Shown: piece after piece, positions 8,540-17,141 of the stretch
Layout: every line of letters begins with the position of its first letter
Numbering within the stretch: position 1 is the stretch's first letter
Source of the DNA: Nocardioides sp.
GTDB lineage: Bacteria > Actinomycetota > Actinomycetes > Propionibacteriales > Nocardioidaceae
Reading direction: 5' to 3'
Assembly: GCA_041579495.1 (NCBI GenBank)
Contig: JBFGFQ010000001.1
Span: forward strand, 1-36,895
Length of the DNA: 36,895 nucleotides
Made by a program: the position numbers and the translations under genes
Notes under the pieces: generated by a model
Database searches by the model: none
What the model was told of the DNA's origin: nothing
What the model saw: the letters and a program-made list of their open reading frames with translations, nothing else

Positions 8540-9466
8540 GTGAAGACCCTGCGCACCCCCGACGAGTGCTTCGCCGACCTGCCCGACTTCCCGTGGCAGT
8601 CGTCGTACGCCGAGCTGACCGACCCCGACGGCGGCGACGAGCCGGTGCGGATGGCCTACCTCGACGTGGGTCCCGAGGAGGGCTTCGACGACGCCCCGGT
8701 GGCGCTGCTGCTGCACGGCGAGCCCACCTGGTCCTACCTCTACCGCCACGTGGTCGGTGTGCTGGCCTCGGCCGGGGTGCGCTGCATCGTCCCCGACCTG
8801 ATCGGCTTCGGCCGCTCCGACAAGCCCACCCGGACCGAGGACCACAGCTACGCCCGCCACGTCGAGTGGGTGCGCGAGCTGGTCGTCGACGACCTCGACC
8901 TGCGCGACGTCACGCTCGTCGGCCAGGACTGGGGCGGGCTGATCGGGCTGCGCCTGGTCGCAGAGAACCCCGACCGCTTCGCCCGGGTGGTGGCCGCCAA
9001 CACCGGCATGCCCACCGGCGACTTCGACATGCCCGAGATCTGGTGGCAGTTCCGCAAGGCGGTCGAGAGCGCGCCGAGCCTCGACGTGGGCCGCTTCGTG
9101 GAGTCCGGGTGCGTGCGCGGGCTCAGCGACGAGGTGCGCGCGGCGTACGACGCCCCGTTCCCCAGCCAGGACCTGGTCGCCGGCCCGCGGGCGATGCCGG
9201 GCCTGGTGCCCACCAGCACCGACGACCCGGCCACCGAGGCCAACCGGGCCGCCTGGGAGGTGCTCGGGCGCTGGGAGAAGCCGTTCCTGGTCGCGTTCTC
9301 CGACTCCGACCCGATCACGGGTGCGATGGCGCCCCTGATGAGGAAGCTGGTGCCGGGCACCCGCGAGGTCGAGCACCCGGTGATCGAGCGGGCCGGCCAC
9401 TTCCTGCAGGAGGACGCCGGCGCCGAGCTCGGGCACGCCGTGGCCGACTTCATCGCCGCCACCTGA
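8540..9466 (+). CDS. Haloalkane dehalogenase (alpha/beta hydrolase, DhlA/DhmA-like)
   Basis: LRTPDECF, LLHGEPTWSYLYR, PDLIGFGRSDKP, nucleophile elbow GQDWGG, YDAPFP, AGHFLQED. GTG start follows a GGAGAG Shine-Dalgarno (SD). Confidence 0.9.
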   Translation: MKTLRTPDECFADLPDFPWQSSYAELTDPDGGDEPVRMAYLDVGPEEGFDDAPVALLLHGEPTWSYLYRHVVGVLASAGVRCIVPDLIGFGRSDKPTRTEDHSYARHVEWVRELVVDDLDLRDVTLVGQDWGGLIGLRLVAENPDRFARVVAANTGMPTGDFDMPEIWWQFRKAVESAPSLDVGRFVESGCVRGLSDEVRAAYDAPFPSQDLVAGPRAMPGLVPTSTDDPATEANRAAWEVLGRWEKPFLVAFSDSDPITGAMAPLMRKLVPGTREVEHPVIERAGHFLQEDAGAELGHAVADFIAAT

Positions 9467-9496
9467 GCGCGCGGCACGACAGGTAGCGTCGGGGCC

Positions 9497-10690
9497 GTGC
9501 TCGCCTGCTCCGGACCGTCCACGGTCGTCTTCGACCCCCGCCTCACGGAGTACGACTTCGGACCGAGCCACCCGATGGCGCCGGTGCGCGTGGACCTGAC
9601 GATGCGCCTGGCCGAGGCGCTCGGCGTGGTGGGGGGACCCGCGGGCATGCCGCGGGTGCCGGCGCCGGTCGCCGACGACGAGCTGCTGGCCACGGTGCAC
9701 GACGCGGCGCTGATGGAGGCGGTGCAGGACGCCGGGCGGCGGGTGGTGCCGCGTCTCGACGTGGGCCTGGGCACCGACGACAACCCGGTCTTCGCCGGCA
9801 TGCACCAGGCCGGCGCCCACGTGGTCGGCGCGACCGTCGAGGCGTGCCGGCAGGTGTGGACGGGGGAGTCGCTGCACTCGGCCAACATCACCGGCGGGCT
9901 GCACCACGCGATGCCCGACCGGGTCAGCGGGTTCTGCGTCTACAACGACATCGCGGTCGGGATCCGCTGGCTCCTCGAGCAGGGCGTCGAGCGGGTGGCG
10001 TACGTCGACATCGACGTGCACCACGGCGACGGCGTGGAGAAGATCTTCTGGGACGACCCGCGGGTGCTGACGGTCTCGCTGCACGAGACCGGTCAGCTGC
10101 TCTTCCCCGGCACCGGCTTCCCGACGGACCTCGGGGGCCCGGGGGCCGAGGGCAGCGCGGTCAACGTGGCGCTGCCGCCGGGCACCTCCGACTCGGGGTG
10201 GCTGCGCGCCTTCCACGCCGTGGTGCCGCCGCTGCTGCGGGAGTTCGCCCCCCAGGTGCTGGTCAGCCAGCACGGCTGCGACTCCCACGCCGACGACCCG
10301 CTGGCCCACCTGATGCTCTCGATCGACGGCCAACGGATGGCCCACGAGGCCCTGCACGACCTGGCCCACGAGGTCGCCGGCGGGCGCTGGGTGGCGCTCG
10401 GCGGCGGCGGCTACGAGCTGGTCTCGGTGGTGCCGCGCTCGTGGACCCACCTGCTGGCCAGCGTGGCCGGCACGCCGGTCGACCCGCTCACGGCCACGCC
10501 GGAAGCCTGGCGCGAGCACGTGCAGCGGGTGATGGGCCAGGCGGCCCCGCGCCGGATGACCGACGGCGTGAGCCCGACCTTCCAGGACTGGTCGGAGGGC
10601 TACGACCCCGACACCTGGCTCGACCGCGCCGTCCAGGCCACGCGGGTGGCGGCCTTCCCGCTGCACGGCCTGGACCCCGCCGCCTGGTGA
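9497..10690 (+). CDS. acuC: Acetoin utilization protein AcuC (Zn-dependent deacetylase, HDAC family)
   Basis: HPMAPVR, GGLHHA, GFCVYND, DIDVHHGDG, SLHE, FPGTG, GCDSH..DPL, GGGGY. Confidence 0.93.
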   Translation: MLACSGPSTVVFDPRLTEYDFGPSHPMAPVRVDLTMRLAEALGVVGGPAGMPRVPAPVADDELLATVHDAALMEAVQDAGRRVVPRLDVGLGTDDNPVFAGMHQAGAHVVGATVEACRQVWTGESLHSANITGGLHHAMPDRVSGFCVYNDIAVGIRWLLEQGVERVAYVDIDVHHGDGVEKIFWDDPRVLTVSLHETGQLLFPGTGFPTDLGGPGAEGSAVNVALPPGTSDSGWLRAFHAVVPPLLREFAPQVLVSQHGCDSHADDPLAHLMLSIDGQRMAHEALHDLAHEVAGGRWVALGGGGYELVSVVPRSWTHLLASVAGTPVDPLTATPEAWREHVQRVMGQAAPRRMTDGVSPTFQDWSEGYDPDTWLDRAVQATRVAAFPLHGLDPAAW

Positions 10691-10727
10691 GCCGCGGCGG
10701 GGGAGGCACGGTGCGAAGGCCGCGGAC

Positions 10728-10745
10728 ATGACCCATATGGGTCAT
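10728..10745. promoter_or_regulatory. Perfect 18-bp palindrome, candidate operator upstream of the HTH gene
   Basis: ATGACCCAT|ATGGGTCAT, AT-rich for this DNA, about 70 nt upstream of a TATTCT -10 candidate (10817-10822). Confidence 0.5.
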
Positions 10746-10895
10746 ATGCAAGCCGACACGCCGAGGAAACCGACGTCACTTCAGATTGCCCCTTCCCCAC
10801 GAGTCACTCCAGGCCCTATTCTCACCACTGCGTGGCCGTGGAGTCGCCGGCGGGGAAGCCGGCGGACGTGCCGCCCAGGAAGACGGTGCAATCTC

Positions 10896-11102
10896 ATGGT
10901 GACCAGCTCCTCCGGAGACATCTCCGAGGCGAAGTTCCTGACCGTTGCCGAGGTGGCCGCGATGATGCGGGTCTCGAAGATGACGGTCTACCGCCTCGTC
11001 CACAACGGCGACCTGCCGGCCGTGCGCGTCGGGCGCTCGTTCCGCGTGCGCGAGGAGGACGCCAACGAGTACATCCGCAAGTCCTTCTACGACGCGGGCT
11101 GA
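10896..11102 (+). CDS. Small excisionase-like helix-turn-helix DNA-binding protein (Rv0500A / BdtA-like)
   Basis: FLTVAEVAAMMRVSKMTVYRLVHNGDLPAVRVGRSFRV; conserved position upstream of bS22. Confidence 0.92.
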   Translation: MVTSSSGDISEAKFLTVAEVAAMMRVSKMTVYRLVHNGDLPAVRVGRSFRVREEDANEYIRKSFYDAG

Positions 11103-11249
11103 GCCCGCGCGTCCGGCCCGCCCCCGTGCCGGCCCCGGCCCTCGTCCCGCACCGGGGGACGCGATTCTCCGAGCCCGCTACCGGCCCAGTAGGCTGTCGG
11201 CGTCCTTCGCGCCTCTGCGCGGGACCACCAGCTGGGAAAGGAACAACCT

Positions 11250-11351
11250 GTGGGTTCGGTCATCAAGAAGCGACGCAAGCGCATGGCCAAGAAGAAGCAC
11301 CGCAAGCTGCTCAAGAAGACGCGCGTGCAGCGTCGCAAGCTCGGCAAGTAG
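11250..11351 (+). CDS. 30S ribosomal protein bS22 (AURKAIP1/COX24 domain), 33 aa
   Basis: Not in the ORF track. GTG start after SD GAAAGGAA; [33 protein letters not shown] then TAG; -10 candidate TAGGCT at 11190-11195. Confidence 0.95.
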   Translation: MGSVIKKRRKRMAKKKHRKLLKKTRVQRRKLGK

Positions 11352-11358
11352 CCGCGAG

Positions 11359-11390
11359 CCACCGCGCGGACCACGGGTCCGCGCCGGTGG
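11359..11390 (+). terminator. Stem-loop after bS22 (terminator or stability hairpin)
   Basis: CCACCGCGCGGACC-ACG-GGTCCGCG(C)CGGTGG, 14-bp stem with one bulge and no U-tract. Confidence 0.55.
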
Positions 11391-11440
11391 CGCACCACCT
11401 CCTACGTCGTCGGTAGTTCTCGAGGGAAACGGGCGCGAGC

Positions 11441-12538
11441 ATGGGCAAGGTCGTCCTGGTCACCGGGGTCTCACGTGACCTCGGTCGTCGCTTCGCGCGC
11501 TCCCTCGCCGCCGACCCCGCCGTCTCGCGGGTGATCGGCGTCGACGTCGTGCCGCCGCGCGGCGACATCGGCGAGGTGTCGTTCGTGCGCGCCGACATCC
11601 GCAACCCGGTGATCGCCAAGGTGATCGCCAAGGAGGACGTCGACACGGTCGTGCACATGAGCGTCATCGCCACCCCCGGCAGTGCCGGCGGGCGGGGCAC
11701 GATGAAGGAGCTCAACGTCATCGGGACGATGCAGCTGCTCGCCGCCTGCCAGCGCGCGCCCAGCGTGCGCGACCTCGTCGTGAAGTCGACGACCACCGTC
11801 TACGGCGCGAGCAGCCGCGACCCCGCGATGTTCACCGAGGACATGGAGCCGCGCCGCGCACCGCGCGCCGGCTACGCCAAGGACGTCGCCGAGGTCGAGA
11901 GCTACGTGCGCGGCTTCGCGCGACGTCGGGGCGACGTGCGCGTCACCCTGCTGCGCTGCGCCAACGTCGTGGGCCCCCACGTCGTCAGCCCGCTGACCTC
12001 CTACCTGCGCCTGCCCGTGGTGCCCACGGTCGCCGGCTACGACCCGCGGCTGCAGCTGCTGCACGAGGACGACCTGTTCGCCGTGCTGCAGCACGCCGTG
12101 ACCCACGAGGTCGCAGGCACCTTCAACGTCGCCGGCGACGGCGTGGTGATGCTCTCCCAGGCGCTGCGCCGCCTGCGCCGGCCCACACTGGCCCTGCCCG
12201 GCTTCGCGGTCGGCTCCCTGGGCTCGGCCCTGCGCTCGGCCCGGGTCGCCGACTTCTCCCCCGAGCAGGTGGCCTTCCTCACCTACGGCCGCGGCGTCGA
12301 CACGACGCGGATGCGCACCGACCTGGGCTTCGACCCGGTCCGCTCCACCGCCGAGGCGCTCGCCGACTTCGGCGCGACCCTGCCCCGCACGGGCGGACAC
12401 GCCGAGCGGCTCCTCGACGGGCTCGCCTCGGCCTTCCCCGACCCCGGGTCCGACGCCGCCGCGGGGCGCCCGGAGGCGCTGCGTGCGGTCGAGGGCCGCG
12501 ACCTACGACGAGCCCCGGGAGGCCAGCAGCATGGGTGA
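11441..12538 (+). CDS. NAD-dependent epimerase/dehydratase family protein (Rv0501-like)
   Basis: VVLVTG Rossmann start, NVIGTMQLL, VYG, YAKD, LHEDD, FNVAG. Confidence 0.88.
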   Translation: MGKVVLVTGVSRDLGRRFARSLAADPAVSRVIGVDVVPPRGDIGEVSFVRADIRNPVIAKVIAKEDVDTVVHMSVIATPGSAGGRGTMKELNVIGTMQLLAACQRAPSVRDLVVKSTTTVYGASSRDPAMFTEDMEPRRAPRAGYAKDVAEVESYVRGFARRRGDVRVTLLRCANVVGPHVVSPLTSYLRLPVVPTVAGYDPRLQLLHEDDLFAVLQHAVTHEVAGTFNVAGDGVVMLSQALRRLRRPTLALPGFAVGSLGSALRSARVADFSPEQVAFLTYGRGVDTTRMRTDLGFDPVRSTAEALADFGATLPRTGGHAERLLDGLASAFPDPGSDAAAGRPEALRAVEGRDLRRAPGGQQHG

Positions 12539-13736
12539 CGCCGAGATCATCCCGATCGGCACGCGCGGGCGCCCCGGCCGCGGCACCGGCAAGCAGCCGT
12601 CGTCGGCCGCCCGCGGCCTGGCCGGCCCCGGCCGCCGCCCCGCCAAGCCGGGCTCCACCGGCGACGAGACCCCCGGGACGGACGAGGCCGCCGAGACCAC
12701 CGAGACCACCGAGGCCACCGAGACCCCGGCCGGGACGGCCGGGACCGCGCAGGCCGACGCTGGGTCCCCGACGGTCGGCTCGACCTCGGAGGACGGCCCC
12801 GTCCGGCCAGCGGTCACCACCGAGGAGCGCCATCCCTCGGCCGGCATCCCGGTCGGCGACTGGCTCTCGGCCTTCCAGCACGCCGCCCGCGAGCTGTTCG
12901 GCGACGAGTGGGAGGGCCAGCTGGCACGCTTCCTGGCGTTCCTGCGCCGCCGCGTCACCGGCGAGTACGTCGTCGACGAGTACGGCTTCGACGCCGAGGT
13001 CACCCAGCGCTTCTTCATGGCCGCCCTGCGCCCCATCGCGCAGAAGTGGTTCCGCATCGAGGTCCGCGGCATCGAGAACATCCCCACCGAGGGCGGGGCG
13101 CTGGTGGTCTCGAACCACTCCGGCACCGTGCCCGTCGACGGCCTGATGACGATGGTGTCGATCCACGACCACGCGGGCCGCTTCCTGCGGCCGTTGGGCG
13201 CCGACCTGGTCTTCCGGCTGCCGGTGGTCAACGCCCTGGCCCGCAAGGGCGGCGCCACCCTGGCCTGCCAGGAGGACGCCGAGCGGATGCTGCGCGGCGG
13301 CGAGCTCGTCGGCGTGTGGCCCGAGGGCTTCAAGGGCATCGGCAAGCCGTACGCCGAGCGCTACAAGCTGCAGCGCTTCGGCCGCGGCGGGTTCGTGTCG
13401 GCGGCGCTGCGCACCGGCGTGCCGATCGTGCCGCTGTCGGTCGTCGGCGCGGAGGAGATCTACCCGCTGGTGGGCAACGTGCCCTCGCTGGCGCGGCTGC
13501 TGGGCGTGCCCTACATCCCGATCACGCCGCTCTTCCCGCTGCTGGGCCCCCTGGGCCTGGTCCCGCTGCCCTCGAAGTGGCTGCTGGAGTTCGGTGAGCC
13601 GGTGCGCACCGACGAGTTCGAAGACGGCGCCGCCGACGACCCGATGCTGGTCTTCAACGTCACCGACCAGGTGCGCGAGACGATCCAGCAGACGCTCTAC
13701 ACGCTGCTGCGCCAGCGCGAGTCCGTCTTCCGCTGA
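12531..13736 (+). CDS. Lysophospholipid acyltransferase family protein (Rv0502-like)
   Basis: NHSGTVPVD (HxxxxD-like), VWPEG, FGRGGF, PIVP; ATG follows GGGAGG; low-complexity N-terminus. Confidence 0.9.
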   Translation: MGDAEIIPIGTRGRPGRGTGKQPSSAARGLAGPGRRPAKPGSTGDETPGTDEAAETTETTEATETPAGTAGTAQADAGSPTVGSTSEDGPVRPAVTTEERHPSAGIPVGDWLSAFQHAARELFGDEWEGQLARFLAFLRRRVTGEYVVDEYGFDAEVTQRFFMAALRPIAQKWFRIEVRGIENIPTEGGALVVSNHSGTVPVDGLMTMVSIHDHAGRFLRPLGADLVFRLPVVNALARKGGATLACQEDAERMLRGGELVGVWPEGFKGIGKPYAERYKLQRFGRGGFVSAALRTGVPIVPLSVVGAEEIYPLVGNVPSLARLLGVPYIPITPLFPLLGPLGLVPLPSKWLLEFGEPVRTDEFEDGAADDPMLVFNVTDQVRETIQQTLYTLLRQRESVFR

Positions 13737-13806
13737 CACCCGGCAGGTCGCTCGGGGCCACGAGGCCCGCGGCCGACCGACCGTGACGGGCCAGCAGGGG
13801 CGAGGA

Positions 13807-15027
13807 TCAGGGCAGCAGCGGGTCGGTGATGCCCTCGACCAGGCCGTTGACGCCCTTCACGACGTCCTCGACCGGGCCCGAGACCTGGCCCGAGCCGCCG
13901 TTGCCCGCGCCGGCACCGCCGGTGGCGGTCCCCGAGCCGGGCACGTTGTCGGTCAGCGGGGCGAGCGGGCCCTGGTTCGAGCCACCGGAGCCGCCCTCCT
14001 GCGAGCCGGAGCCGGCGCCCTGCGAGGGCGCCGAGCCCGGGGTCGGCAGCGCGACCGCGCCGGGCGGGGTGCTGGTCGACGGCGCCTTGCCGGCGCCGGA
14101 GCCGCCGCCCTTGCCGGGCTTGCGGGTGCTCTTGCCCTCGCGCTCGGGGCCGCCGGCCGCCGACGTGTCGGGCGTGGGGGTCACCAGGTCGCCGACCAGC
14201 GCCTCGGCGGCGCCGACCAGGAAGGAGGGCACCTGCTCGATCGTGGAGCCGGGGCAGGTGGGGCACAGCTGCTGGGTGGTCTGGTCGATCTCGGCCAGCA
14301 GGGTGCCGGCGCTCACCAGCACCTCCTGCGCCGTGGGCGGCAGCACCGCGGAGAGGTCCTCGAGCGCGTCCATGCTGTCGACGGTGAACTGCTGGAGCTC
14401 GACGATGGAGTCCTGGTCGCCGGTCTCGGTGTAGTCGGTGATCAGCACCTGGCTGGCCTCGGCGGCCTGCTCGGTGAAGACGAGCAGCGTGCTCTCGATG
14501 GCCTCGAGGTCCTGGCCCCGCTCGTCGCGGGAGAGCGCGTCGAGCTCGGCGAGACGCCCGGCCGCGTGGGAGAGCAGGCTCGCGCCGCGACGCTCGTCGC
14601 TGGTGCTCACCCCGGTCGAGATGTTCTCGATGGCCCGCTTGAGCGGGTAGAGGACGTCGCCCGGCAGTGCGGACTGCGACGCGACCGCCATGGTGCTGGA
14701 GGCGCCCACGATCGCGAGCCCACCCACGGCGGCGGCGATGCGCCGGTCGCGACGGGTGCGCGTGGGGGCCACGGTCAGGCGGGCGGCGGTCGCCGGCGAC
14801 GCGTCGGTCGCGGGTCGCAGCTCGGTGGCGGCGGCCACCATCAGCCGCTCGCGCAGGTCGGCGACGAACTCGGGACGCGCCTGCGGCTGCGGGCTGGTGC
14901 GGAGGGCTCCGACGACGTCGAGGAGGGCGTCGAACCGCGCGTCGTCAGCAGGTCGACCCGCGGCGCGGGCCTCGACCAGTGCGTCGAACTCCTCGGCGCG
15001 TCGTCGCGCCGCGAACACGGGGCTCAT
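13807..15027 (-). CDS. rsbN: DUF5667-domain membrane protein, RsbN-like anti-sigma factor
   Basis: RRAEEFDALV N-terminus, RPEFVADLRERLM, one TM segment, ALPGDVLYPLKRAIE, Gly/Pro/Ser-rich tail; directly downstream of the BldN-like sigma, as in Streptomyces. Confidence 0.75.
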   Translation of the reverse strand: MSPVFAARRRAEEFDALVEARAAGRPADDARFDALLDVVGALRTSPQPQARPEFVADLRERLMVAAATELRPATDASPATAARLTVAPTRTRRDRRIAAAVGGLAIVGASSTMAVASQSALPGDVLYPLKRAIENISTGVSTSDERRGASLLSHAAGRLAELDALSRDERGQDLEAIESTLLVFTEQAAEASQVLITDYTETGDQDSIVELQQFTVDSMDALEDLSAVLPPTAQEVLVSAGTLLAEIDQTTQQLCPTCPGSTIEQVPSFLVGAAEALVGDLVTPTPDTSAAGGPEREGKSTRKPGKGGGSGAGKAPSTSTPPGAVALPTPGSAPSQGAGSGSQEGGSGGSNQGPLAPLTDNVPGSGTATGGAGAGNGGSGQVSGPVEDVVKGVNGLVEGITDPLLP

Positions 15028-15094
15028 CGGTGGCGTCCTTCTCGGTCGTCGGGGTGCGGAGTCGAGGCGTCCTGGTGACGTCTCGACACCCGGC

Positions 15095-15123
15095 TCAACG
15101 ACGGGTCGCGACGGTTGGTTACG
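15095..15123 (-). promoter_or_regulatory. BldN-type ECF promoter upstream of the rsbN-like gene
   Basis: Minus strand CGTAAC-N17-CGTTGA; both hexamers match the sigma-BldN consensus as I recall it. Confidence 0.7.
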
Positions 15124-15163
15124 GCCTGTGACGCAGGCGTCACCGGGCGGTGCCGCAGGGTGC

Positions 15164-16009
15164 TCATCGCAGTCCCTCCGGCATCAGCTTGGCCAGGTTG
15201 CGCACCCCGCGCAGCTGCAGCTGCTTGATGGCGCCGTCGCTGCGACCGAGGACCGCCGCGGTCTCGGCGATGCTCATGCCCTGCAGGAAGCGCATCACCA
15301 GGCAGTCGCGCTGCTCGTCGGGCAGCTCGGTCAGCGCCCGGAGCAGGATCTCGTTGGTCAGGCCGGCCAGCACCATGGCCTCGGGGCCCTCGGTGGCGTC
15401 GTCGTGCTGGCCCATGTCCTCGGTGGTCATCTCGAGGCGGGTGCGCCCGGCCTTGAAGTGGTCGGTGGCCAGGTTGCGGGCGATGGTCATCAGCCAGGCG
15501 CCGAAGTCCTTGCCCTGCCACCGGAAGCCCTGCATCGAGCGCAGCGCCCGGAAGAACGTCTCGGAGGTGAGGTCCTCGGCCAGCGTCGCGGAGCGGGTGC
15601 GGTGGAAGAGGAAGCGGTAGACCGAGCCCTGGTAGTGGTCGTAGAGCAGGCCGAAGGCGTCCACGTCGCCCTTGCGGGCCAGCTCGACCAGCGCGATGAG
15701 CCGCTGCCGGTCGTCGGCGGACTCCTCCGAGGACGTCGCCAGCGCGCTGTCGTCGTACCCGCCGCCGGGGGTGGTCGCACCGGTCGGGACATCGGCGTCG
15801 ATGTGGAGGCTGTCGTCGGCGACGGTCTGCAGCAGCAGGTCGAGCAGTCGCGAGGGGGAGGCGCCGGGCGTCGCGGCCGAGGCCAGGGCGGGGGTGAGCG
15901 CCGGGACCGGGGCCAGGGAGGAGGTCGCGCGTGCGGCCTCGTCGAGGGCGCGGAGCACGAGGCGTCGCAGGGCGTCGAAGCCGTGCGTCACGTCGGCATG
16001 CGGCGCCAT
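15164..16009 (-). CDS. bldN: ECF sigma-70 factor, BldN-like, with N-terminal extension
   Basis: Region 2 AEDLTSETFFRAL, FRWQGKDFGAWLMTIARNLATDHFK; region 4 GAIKQLQLRGVRNL; ~95-aa extension; SD GGGAGGG; synteny with rsbN, HAD and rex. Confidence 0.85.
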   Translation of the reverse strand: MAPHADVTHGFDALRRLVLRALDEAARATSSLAPVPALTPALASAATPGASPSRLLDLLLQTVADDSLHIDADVPTGATTPGGGYDDSALATSSEESADDRQRLIALVELARKGDVDAFGLLYDHYQGSVYRFLFHRTRSATLAEDLTSETFFRALRSMQGFRWQGKDFGAWLMTIARNLATDHFKAGRTRLEMTTEDMGQHDDATEGPEAMVLAGLTNEILLRALTELPDEQRDCLVMRFLQGMSIAETAAVLGRSDGAIKQLQLRGVRNLAKLMPEGLR

Positions 16010-16147
16010 CGAGTGTTCCCTCCCATGCAGCTCTCTCCCAGAGCGACTTCGAGGGTACGACGGATCCGCGGGTCTGTGAACCGAAACAGTCGTATACCGA
16101 AAAAGTTTCTCGTCGGGGGTGAGGCGCGCGGGCCGGACCGGTGGGCG

Positions 16148-17032
16148 TCAGTGCCGGCGCGAGCGGAGGGCCACGCCGGCCGCCACGGTGCCGCTGACCG
16201 CCCCGGCCGCGGCCCCCAGGACCAGCCCGGCCCGGGCGGCCTTGCGCCCGGTGCGGTAGTCCCGGATCCGCCATCCCGCCTCGCGCGCGTGGGCACGCAG
16301 CCGGGCATCGGGGTTGATGGCGCAGGGGTCGCCCACCATGCTCAGCATCGGCAGGTCGTTGAAGGAGTCGGAGTACGCCGAGCACGACCGCAGGTCGAGC
16401 CCCTCGCGCTCGGCCAGCGCCCGCACCGCCTCGGCCTTGGCCGGGCCGTGCAGCATGTCGCCGACCAGCCGGCCGGTGTAGATGCCGTCCTCGTGCTCGG
16501 CCACGGTGCCCATCGCGCCGGTGAGCCCGAGACGTCGGGCGATGACCTGCGCGATCTCGATCGGCGCGGCGGTCACCAGCCACACCCGCTGGCCCTGGTC
16601 GAGGTGGAGCTGGGCCTGGGCGCGGGTGCCGGGCCAGATCCGGTGGGCCATCGCCTCGTCGAAGATCTCCTCGGTGAGCTCCTGCAGCTCGGCGACGGTG
16701 TGCCCGGCGATGAAGCCGAGCGCGGAGTTGCGCGCATCGGCGACGTGCTCGGGGTCCTCGACCCCGACCACGCGGAAGTAGGCCTGCTTCCAGGCCGCGC
16801 TCGCGATCTCGCGGGTGGTGAAGAACTTGCGCCGGTGCAGCCCGCGCGCGAGGTGGAAGATGCTCGCGCCCTGCATGATCGTGTTGTCGACGTCGAAGAA
16901 CGCCGCCGACGTCGGGTCGCTCGGGGTCGCCAGGGCCGTCTCCACCTCGGCCGCGGCCGCGGCCGCCTCGCCCGCCAGCGTGGAGCGTTGCTGGAGGTTC
17001 GGCAGGGTCCGGCGCTCGGCGGGCGGGGTCAC
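16148..17032 (-). CDS. HAD-IB family hydrolase (SerB1/Rv0505c-like)
   Basis: FFDVDNT motif I, LVTAA, K in [21 protein letters not shown]; TAGGGT 7 nt before the GTG. Confidence 0.9.
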   Translation of the reverse strand: MTPPAERRTLPNLQQRSTLAGEAAAAAAEVETALATPSDPTSAAFFDVDNTIMQGASIFHLARGLHRRKFFTTREIASAAWKQAYFRVVGVEDPEHVADARNSALGFIAGHTVAELQELTEEIFDEAMAHRIWPGTRAQAQLHLDQGQRVWLVTAAPIEIAQVIARRLGLTGAMGTVAEHEDGIYTGRLVGDMLHGPAKAEAVRALAEREGLDLRSCSAYSDSFNDLPMLSMVGDPCAINPDARLRAHAREAGWRIRDYRTGRKAARAGLVLGAAAGAVSGTVAAGVALRSRRH

Positions 17033-17141
17033 GGACGTCACCCTAGGAGATCCCGGCCCCCGCTCCCAGTGGTCCGCAAAGGTCCGCGCCGGGTTCCGCC
17101 GCGCGCCTGTCGGGGCCGCGCCGATGTGGGAGCATCGCCGG

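Noticed and set aside
10896-11102. Excisionase-like HTH as a sign of a prophage or ICE
   Set aside because: No integrase, att-like repeats or phage genes; the gene is in its usual core position next to bS22.
12690-12727. 9-bp GAGACCACC-type repeats in the acyltransferase N-terminus
   Set aside because: In-frame low-complexity linker (ETT repeats) with no sign of a separate function.
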